Source: an uncultured Chloroflexia bacterium (GTDB taxonomy: Bacteria > Chloroflexota > Limnocylindria > Limnocylindrales > CSP1-4). Taken from it: a stretch of 64,000 nt of DNA. A program made the position numbers and the translations under genes. The notes below the pieces were generated by a model, which was given only the letters and a program-made list of their open reading frames with translations, did not search any database and was not told the DNA's origin. The DNA is taken from contig CAWKHG010000007.1 of assembly GCA_963849405.1 (NCBI GenBank), positions 3,243-67,242 of the forward strand, written 5' to 3'. Position 1 is the first letter of the stretch. Each line of letters opens with the position of its first letter. Shown here in pieces: positions 37,268 to 45,241 of this stretch.

Positions 37268-40200
37268 ATGAGCGCAGCGACGGTACGGCGGTTCCGGGTC
37301 GGCGTCAGCATCGCGTCCGCGATGTTGCTGGCGATGCCGATGCAGGTCGCCGCCGCCCGCCCGAGCCCGGCTGGTCCGCCGGACGCCGTCGATCTGGCCG
37401 CCGCGGCCGGCACGACGAGCTGGATCGTCACCTTCAAGAAGGGCGCGGACGCCCGGCAGACGGCCCCCGGCCTGGCGAAGGCCGCCGGCGGTAAGGCCGG
37501 CCTCGTCTTCCGCCACGCGCTCAACGGCTTCGTGTTCAAGGGCTCGGCCAAGGCCGTCGCCGCCCTCCGGAAGAACCCCAACATCCGGACGGTCGTGCCC
37601 AACGCGAAGCTCACGGTCCTCGACGATCAGATCACGACCGGGATCTCCCGGATCCGCGCCAACCACCCGACGGAGCCGAGCGCCTATGCCTCCGGGTTCA
37701 CCGGGAGGGGCGTGCGCGTCGCGATCCTCGACACGGGCATCGACCTGACCCATCCCGACCTCGCTCCCGAACCTGGACATCGGCATGGGCCGCAACTGCA
37801 TCACGACCGGGCCGCCGCAGGACGGTCACGGCCACGGCACGCACGTCGCCGGCATCGTCGCCGCGGCCGCGCAACGGGATCGGCGTGGTCGGCGTCGCGC
37901 CCGACGCGCGGCTCGTGCCGATCAAGGTCCTCGACGACACCGGCCAGGGCGAGTGGTCGAACCTCATCTGCGCCGTCGACTACCTGACCGCGCTGCGCGA
38001 CCGACAGCAGACCCCAACAACGATGTCAAGGTCGCGAACATGAGCCTCGGCGACGTCGGGACGATCGGGACCTGCACGGACGGCGGCATCCGGGAAGCCA
38101 TCTGCACACTCGGTCGCGGCCGGGGTCACGTACGTCGCGGCGGCCGGCAACTCGACCGTCGACACCTCGACGTTCATCCCGGCGGCGTTCCCGGAGGTCA
38201 TCGCCGTCTCGGCGCTCACCGATCTCGACGGCGAGCCGGGCGGGCTGGCCGGCTGCTGGCTGTTCTTCTTCTTCTGCGACGACACGCTGGCCGAGTTCAG
38301 CAACTACGGCGCCACGGTCGACGTCACCGCGCCCGGGACCCAGATCTACTCGACCTGGACCGGCGGTGGCTACGCGACCGAGATGGGTACGAGCATGGCC
38401 TCGCCCCACGTCGCGGGCGTGGCCGCGCTGATCGCTCGCCGCCACCCCGGGGCTCACGCCGGCCGAGGTCCAGGACCGGCCTGAAGTCGTCCGGCGAGTG
38501 CCCGAACGGCGAATTCGCCGACGCGGACGGAGACGGCGACTGCGTCGGCAAGGGCCAGTGGGGCAACGATCCCGACGGGATCGCCGAGCCGCTCGTCAAC
38601 GCGCTGCACGCGGTCGACGGCGGCGACGCCGGGCGACGCACGTCCGGTCGTCCGGATCACGTCCCCGACCGACGGCGCCGTCGGTGACCGCGCCCGTGAC
38701 CGTGACGGCCACGGCGACGGACGACATCGGGGTGACCAAGGTCGAGTTCTTCGTCAACGGCGTCCTGACGCCACCGACACCAACGGGTCGAACGGCTGGT
38801 CCTTCGCCTGGAGCCGCGAACGTGGACGGGGCCGGCTACGTCATCAAGGCGACCGCGACGGACACGATCGGCCAGACATCGAGCCGGTCCGTGAGCGTCC
38901 GGACGAGCCCCGGCGTGCAGGGCAGCTGGGTCGGCACGTACGGCCACGACGGCTACATCCTGGCCAACTGGGACGGCACGAACGCCGATCTGGCGAACCT
39001 GCCGGCCGGGGTGACCTACGCCCTCGAGCTGGGAGCCCGGGCGACCTGGGTCTCGCCGACGAGCGACGTCCGGGCCCTGACCAACCCGGCCGGGACCGAG
39101 CGCCGCTCGCAGACCTTCTACGCCGCCGACAAGCTGCGCGTCCGGCTGAGCTTCGCCAACGCCTACAGCGGGACGCTCCACCTGTATGCGGTGGACTGGG
39201 ACGCCTACGGCGGCAACCGCTACGAGAACATCACCGTCGACGACGGCAGCGGACCGCGGGTGGCCCACCTCCTGACGACCTTCGTGCCGGGCGCCTGGAT
39301 CCACGCCCCGATCAGCGTCCCGGCGGGTGGCTCGGTCACGGTCACGGTCGACCGGACCGCCGGCAACAGCGCCGTCCTGGCCGGCCTGTTCCTGGGCGGC
39401 GCCAGTGCCCCGCCGCCGCCGCCGCCGTCCCTGCCGTTCGACATCCCGGGCTTCCAGGGCACGTGGCTCGGCCACTACGGCGCCGACGGCTACATGCTGG
39501 CCAACTGGGACGGCACGAACACGGACCTCGTGAACCTGCCGACCGGCGTCACGGCCGCCCTCGAGCAGGGCGCGCGCTATACGTGGGCCTCGCCGACGAG
39601 CGACGGCCGCGCCCTCAGCGATCCGAGCGGCTCCGAGCGCCGGGCGCAGACCTGGTACGACGCGAACCAGATCCGGATCCGACTCCACTTCACCAACGCC
39701 TACAGCGGCACCATGCATATGTATGCCGTGGACTGGGACGCGTACGGCGGCAACCGCTACGAACAGGTCAACGTCGACGACGGGACCGGCCCGCGAGCCG
39801 CGCGGCTCACGACCTCGTTCGTGAACGGCGCCTGGATCCATGCCTCGATCGCGGTCCCTGCGGGTGGCTCGGTCGTCATCACCGTGGACCGGATCGGCGG
39901 GACCACGGCCGTCCTGGCCGGCCTGTTCCTGGGTGGCGCGAGCGCCCCGCCGCCACCGCCGCCGACGCTGCCCGTCGACAGCCCCGGCGTGCAGGGCAGC
40001 TGGGTCGGCACGTACGGCCACGACGGCTACATCCTGGCCAACTGGGACGGCACGAACGCCGATCTGGCGAACCTGCCGGCCGGGGTGACCTACGCCCTCG
40101 AGCTGGGAGCCCGGGCGACCTGGGTCTCGCCGACGAGCGACGTCCGGGCCCTGACCAACCCGGCCGGGACCGAGCGCCGCTCGCAGACCTTCTACGCCGC

Positions 40201-41299
40201 CGACAAGCTGCGCGTCCGGCTGAGCTTCGCCAACGCCTACAGCGGGACGCTCCACCTGTACGCGGTGGACTGGGACGCCTACGGCGGCAACCGCTACGAG
40301 AACATCACCGTCGACGACGGCAGCGGACCGCGGGTGGCCCACCTCCTGACGACCTTCGTGCCGGGCGCCTGGATCCACGCCCCGATCAGCGTCCCGGCGG
40401 GTGGCTCGGTCACGGTCACGGTCGACCGGACCGCCGGCAACAGCGCCGTCCTGGCCGGCCTGTTCCTGGGCGGCGCCAGTGCCCCGCCGCCGCCAACACC
40501 CACGCCAACGCCGACGCCGACACCGACTCCAACACCCACGCCCACGCCGACGCCGACGCCCACGCCCACGCCGACACCAACGCCCACCCCCACGCCCACG
40601 CCTACACCGACTCCTACTCCGACACCCACGCCGACGCCTACACCGACTCCAACGCCGACACCAACGCCCACGCCGACACCCACGCCCACGCCGACACCCA
40701 CGCCTACGCCGACGCCCACGCCGCCGCCGAAGGTGCCTGGTGCGCCGACCGGCCTGACCGCGACGCCCTTCAACGTCCAGGTCGTCCTGTCCTGGACGGC
40801 GCCGGCCTCGAACGGCGGGAGCCCCATCACCGGTTACCGGATCTACCGCGGCACGGCCTCGGGCGGCGAGACGCTGCTGGCGACAGTCGCGGTCGTCACG
40901 AGCTTCACGGACACGGCCGTGACGAACGGCACGACCTACTTCTACCAGGTCGCCGCCCGCAACAGCGTCGGCGACGGGGCCCGCTCCACCGAGGTCTCGG
41001 CGAGGCCGGCCACGGTCCCCGGCGTGCCGCGGAACGTCGCCGCGTCACGGAACGCGACGCAGGGGGTGAACCTGTCCTGGACGGCGCCGTCCTCGAACGG
41101 TGGCTCAGCGGTGATCGGCTACCGGATCTACCGCTCGACGACGACCGGCACGGAGGTCTTCCTGATCGCGGTCGGCAACGTCACGAGCTACATCGACCGG
41201 GCGACGACCCGCGGCGTCCGCTACTTCTACAAGATCACGGCCGTGAACGCCGTGGGTGAGGGTGCCCGCTCTCCCGAGGTGAACGCCCTCGCCCGCTGA
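37268..41299 (+). CDS. Secreted S8 subtilisin-like protease: signal, I9 prodomain, catalytic domain, Ig-like domain, three ~165-aa repeats, PT linker and two FN3 domains; several frameshifts in 37.7-38.8 kb
   Basis: Catalytic triad [13 protein letters not shown] and [11 protein letters not shown]; FN3 motifs WTAP…ITGYRIYR…YQV/YKI; the repeats are visible directly. Confidence 0.9.
38906..40494 (+). repeat. Three tandem ~537-bp domain repeats in A-B-A' order; copies 1 (38906-39420) and 3 (39980-40494) are nearly identical
   Basis: Offset 1074 bp; by eye the only difference over 515 bp is TAT vs TAC; copy 2 is clearly diverged. Confidence 0.92.
40483..40729 (+). repeat. Low-complexity (Pro-Thr)n linker of roughly 38 dipeptides
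   Basis: CCN-ACN hexamer repeats with mixed synonymous codons. Confidence 0.95.
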
Positions 41300-41331
41300 C
41301 CGCCATGCGGCCTCCTCGGCCGCAGCCCCGG

Positions 41332-42819
41332 TCAGGGGCTGATCAGGCAGCCGAACTGGGGGCTCATCGTGCCGTCCATGATCGGGCCGATCGCGTCGTG
41401 GGACAGGTCCAGGTCGCGGGCCGCATCCGGGTCGAGGACCCAGTCGGCGGGATCCTCGCCGGCGGTCTTGAGCATCGGCGCGGCCAGATCGACCCCTTCG
41501 TCCGCGCTCGCCAGCGTGTCGTCCGGTGCGACCACGTCCGGGCCGACCGCCGCCGGCGCCGTCCCGAACGCCCGGTTCAGGAAGCGCATCGTCTCGCCGC
41601 GCTTGACCGATGCGGTCGGGCAGAACGTCGTGGTCGTGCAGCCGGCCATGATCCCGGCCTCGAACACCCGGTTGATATTCGCCTCGTCGGGGCTGCTGTT
41701 GTCGTCGGTGAAGTGGTCGTCGTCGGCCGGCGGCAGGTCGAGCGCCGTCGCGAGGACCGTCGCCACGGCGCCGCGGGTCACGAAGCTGTTCGGGCAGAAG
41801 GTCGTCCCGGTGCAGCCGGCCATCACGCCCGCCTGCGCGACCCGCTCGATGTCGGCCTCGTACGGCGAGGTGTTGTCGTCCGTGAAGTGATCGGTGTTGC
41901 TGGCCGGCAGGTTCATCGCGCGGGCGACGAACTGGGCGAATTGGCCGCGAGTCACCCGGTCGTTGGTGCAGAACATGTCCACGTCGCAGTTCGTGGCGAT
42001 GTGCTGCGCCAGGGCCCAGTCGATGTCCGCGTCGTAGGCCGATCCGTCGTGGTCGTTGACGCAGCTCGTGCCGTGGGCGAGGACCTTGACCTTCGTGCCC
42101 GTCGCCCCGAACGAGATCCGCGTCCACGTGCAGTTGTTCTTCTCGGAGAACTCGGTGAACTTGTCGTACAGGTCGATCTTGCCGCGCACGGTGTAGGTCC
42201 CGGCGGGCACGCCCGTGATCTCCAGCCACTGGTAGGCAAAGGTGTCCGGATAGAGATCGGCCCAGCCGACCGAGATCCCGACATGGGTGCTCCGGGAGTT
42301 GCGCGTGCCGCAACCGCTCTGGAGGTAGTGGCGGCTGCGCGGCGATCCCGGCAGCGACGACTTGTGGTTCGTGTCGAAGAAGCAGAAGCCGATCTTCGCG
42401 GCCTTCAGGGTGCTCTGGGTCGGCGAATACATGTGGTAGGTGAGCATCCGCAGCACGTGCCAGTGGTTGTGGCCGTCGCCCGCATAGCCCATCGTCGCCG
42501 TCGTGTGGATCCGCCGGGCGCTGCCGTTCGACTGGTAGATGACCTGGTCGACCTTCCACGGCGCCGAGGTCGACGTGCGGCTGCCGCGCAGGTCGAAGGG
42601 CCCCTGGCCCGTGTTGAGCAGCAGCCCGCTGAAGCGCAGGTAGCGCCGCCCGGATGGGCTCAGGGCGATGCGGAAGTCGAGCGTCGTGGCGACCTTCAGG
42701 TCGGGCAGCTTGTCCGTGGCGGCCATCACGGGACCGACGGGAGCGGCTGCGAAGAGGAGGCCAAGGATCCCGACGATGACGGCAAGCCGACGCGTCATGG
42801 GGCGGTGAGCTCGCGCCAT
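41332..42819 (-). CDS. Secreted lysyl-oxidase-domain protein with three C-terminal SLH-like repeats
   Basis: Signal peptide; GHNHWH, KIGFCFFD, GISVGWADLY and QWLEITGVPAGTY; repeats FTDD…GC…FCP…VTRG. Confidence 0.85.
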   Translation of the reverse strand: MARAHRPMTRRLAVIVGILGLLFAAAPVGPVMAATDKLPDLKVATTLDFRIALSPSGRRYLRFSGLLLNTGQGPFDLRGSRTSTSAPWKVDQVIYQSNGSARRIHTTATMGYAGDGHNHWHVLRMLTYHMYSPTQSTLKAAKIGFCFFDTNHKSSLPGSPRSRHYLQSGCGTRNSRSTHVGISVGWADLYPDTFAYQWLEITGVPAGTYTVRGKIDLYDKFTEFSEKNNCTWTRISFGATGTKVKVLAHGTSCVNDHDGSAYDADIDWALAQHIATNCDVDMFCTNDRVTRGQFAQFVARAMNLPASNTDHFTDDNTSPYEADIERVAQAGVMAGCTGTTFCPNSFVTRGAVATVLATALDLPPADDDHFTDDNSSPDEANINRVFEAGIMAGCTTTTFCPTASVKRGETMRFLNRAFGTAPAAVGPDVVAPDDTLASADEGVDLAAPMLKTAGEDPADWVLDPDAARDLDLSHDAIGPIMDGTMSPQFGCLISP

Positions 42820-42928
42820 TCGGGCACGGTACACGGTATGTCGAGGCGTGTCCTCAGGCGAACGTAACAGCTCCATTCCAATCGACGCTGAAGACGCGCT
42901 CGCGACGCGGCCGGTGCAGGATATCGCC

Positions 42929-43624
42929 ATGGCCACGATCGTCCGCGTCCCGAACTTCCTGCCGAGCACGTCCGGGCTCAGGTTCGCCAACTCCTGGCCT
43001 CACGAAGCCGACCTCACGCTGCGGCTGCAGGGCAAGTTCATCTTCGGCATCGGCGACGCCGCCAACGGCCTGTGCGGCGGCATGTCCTTCGTGACGGCCG
43101 ACCACCACATCGCGAACGTCCCGATCTGGGCCGACGCAGTCGCGCCCGCGGCCGAGTCGCCGCATTTCAAGACGATCGTGAGCCGCCAGCTCGAGAGCCT
43201 CCGCTGGGGCCTGTTGCCCATCAAGTTCTACTCGATGATGGCGTTCCGGCCCGAAGTGCCGACCGTCCTAAGCAGGCTGTTGGGGCGCACGCCGCAGGCG
43301 ACGGCCGCGATCCGCGGCGAATGGCCCAAGATCCGGGCCGGGCTGGACGCGGGCAACCTCGTGAACATCGGTCTGGTGCGGGCTTCGGGCAACGACCCGC
43401 GCAAGCTGACCTCGAACCACCAGGTGCTCGCCTACGCCTACACGCTCGAGAGCCCCTCGCTGCGGATCGCCGTCTACGACCCGAACCACCCGGGCGACGA
43501 CACGGTCGAGCTCCAGATCGAGATCTCGCCCGACGGCCGCGTCGGCAAGATCGCCCAGTCGACGGGCGAGACGCTGTGCGCCTTCTTCGAGTACCCGTAC
43601 GAGAAGAAGCCCCCGACCGACTGA
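42929..43624 (+). CDS. Hypothetical protein with a papain-like Cys-His-Asp motif arrangement
   Basis: GLCGGMS…NHQVLAYAY…IAVYDPNHPG. Confidence 0.65.
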   Translation: MATIVRVPNFLPSTSGLRFANSWPHEADLTLRLQGKFIFGIGDAANGLCGGMSFVTADHHIANVPIWADAVAPAAESPHFKTIVSRQLESLRWGLLPIKFYSMMAFRPEVPTVLSRLLGRTPQATAAIRGEWPKIRAGLDAGNLVNIGLVRASGNDPRKLTSNHQVLAYAYTLESPSLRIAVYDPNHPGDDTVELQIEISPDGRVGKIAQSTGETLCAFFEYPYEKKPPTD

Positions 43625-43666
43625 GCTGGATCCCTTGGGGCCGCGGAATCTCGATACCATCCGGCC

Positions 43667-44554
43667 ATGGACTACGGACTCGCGCTCCCGAACATGCTGG
43701 CCGGTGCGTCGGCCGAGGGCATCGAAGCGGCGGCCGACGTCGCGGAGCGGCTCGGCTACACCACGGTTTGGACGACCGACCACGTGCTCGTGCCGCGCGA
43801 CGCGGCGAGCGATGACTACAGGCGGATCTTCGATGCGATCCTGACGCTCGCCCATGTCGCGGGGCGGACGACCAAGGTCCGGCTGGGGACGAGCGTCATC
43901 GTCGTGCCGCAGCGGCAGGCGGTCGTGCTGGCCAAGGAGCTCGCCACGCTCGACGTGCTGTCGCGGGGCCGGGTCATCGCCGGGGTCGGCATCGGCTGGA
44001 ACGAGACCGAGTACGCCAACCTCGGCGTCGCCGATCGCTTCCATGTCCGGGGCGCGTACCTCGATGAGGCGATCCGCCTGTGGCGGCACCTCTGGTCCGG
44101 TTCGCAGGAGCCGTTCGAGGGCCGCTTCCACAACTTCACGGACTTCGTGTTCGAGCCGCTGCCGGTCCAGCCGGGAGGACCGCCGATCTATGTCGGTGGC
44201 CGATCCGAGGCCGCGTACCGGCGAGCCGGCTCGGTCGGCGACGGGTACCACTTCTCGACGATCCCGCCATCGGCCCTCGCCGAACGGCTGTCGATCGTCC
44301 GTGCCGCCGCCGAAGCCGCCGGGCGGCCGATGCCCCCAGTGTCGGGCCGGGTGACCATCCGCTTCGACGAAACGGAGGCGCAGGCCGGTGTCGCCTGGGC
44401 GTCGGTCGGTTCGGCCGAGGCGATCGCGGCCGACATGCGGGCGTTCGCCGCGGCCGGCGTCTCGCACGTGGCCCTGATCCTGCGCGAGACGGACCCCGCT
44501 CGCTACGTGGCGATCGCCGAGCGCTTCGCCCGCGAGGTCATCCCGCTCGTCTGA
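43667..44554 (+). CDS. LLM-class F420-dependent oxidoreductase (Rv2161c-like)
   Basis: VWTTDHV, RLGTSV, LAKELATLDVLSRGRVIAGVGIGWNETEY and PPIYVGG. Confidence 0.9.
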   Translation: MDYGLALPNMLAGASAEGIEAAADVAERLGYTTVWTTDHVLVPRDAASDDYRRIFDAILTLAHVAGRTTKVRLGTSVIVVPQRQAVVLAKELATLDVLSRGRVIAGVGIGWNETEYANLGVADRFHVRGAYLDEAIRLWRHLWSGSQEPFEGRFHNFTDFVFEPLPVQPGGPPIYVGGRSEAAYRRAGSVGDGYHFSTIPPSALAERLSIVRAAAEAAGRPMPPVSGRVTIRFDETEAQAGVAWASVGSAEAIAADMRAFAAAGVSHVALILRETDPARYVAIAERFAREVIPLV

Positions 44555-44573
44555 GCCTCGTCTCCGCGGACGC

Positions 44574-45164
44574 CTACTTCAGCGAGCCGAGGCGCCCGAG
44601 CACCTTCTCGGCCACCGTCCTGGCCTGGGCGAGGGTCGGCGCCTGGATGAGCATCGATGGCGGCTTGGCTGGATCGGCGAGCCGGACCACCAGGGACGCG
44701 TCCCGCTGCAGGCCGCCGACATCGACGCCCAGGGCATCGAACCCGGCGACCGTGACCGGGACGGCCGCCGCACCACCGAGCGTCAGGAGGTCGACGTTCG
44801 TCTTGACCGGGAACGGGTTGATCTCGACCTTGAGGAACGTCCCCGGGGCCATCGTGTCGTCGGACCGCCAGCCGCAGTTCGTACCGAGGTTGGTGACCGT
44901 CCCGTCGGGCGTACCGACCAGTTCCTTGCCGAGGATCTCCTTCGCCTCGGCTCCGGTCAGCAGGGCGCATACCTTGGCCGTCGCGGCTTCGGCCAGGCCG
45001 GTAGGGTCGACGGTCTTCCCGCCCGTGCCGATCGGCGGCACGGAGGGCACGGCGTTGACCGCCGTCGTCGGGGAGGACGATGCGGCCGGGACGACCGTCG
45101 CCGGCCCGCACGCGACGAGGCTCGCGACGAGCACGGCCGCCGCGGCGGCGTGACGGAGCCGCAT
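44574..45164 (-). CDS. Lipoprotein of unknown function (DUF3558-like two-Cys pattern)
   Basis: Signal peptide with lipobox LVAC; VCALLT…NCGW. Confidence 0.7.
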   Translation of the reverse strand: MRLRHAAAAAVLVASLVACGPATVVPAASSSPTTAVNAVPSVPPIGTGGKTVDPTGLAEAATAKVCALLTGAEAKEILGKELVGTPDGTVTNLGTNCGWRSDDTMAPGTFLKVEINPFPVKTNVDLLTLGGAAAVPVTVAGFDALGVDVGGLQRDASLVVRLADPAKPPSMLIQAPTLAQARTVAEKVLGRLGSLK

Positions 45165-45241
45165 GCTCCTGACCCTCCCATGTGGATCGACCGACGGCGC
45201 CATCGTACGGCCCATCATCGGTCGGCCGCCCGTTCGGCTCC

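Noticed and set aside
40483-40729. CRISPR array or non-coding VNTR
   Set aside because: It is an in-frame Pro-Thr linker with synonymous variation, has no spacers, and no cas genes are present.
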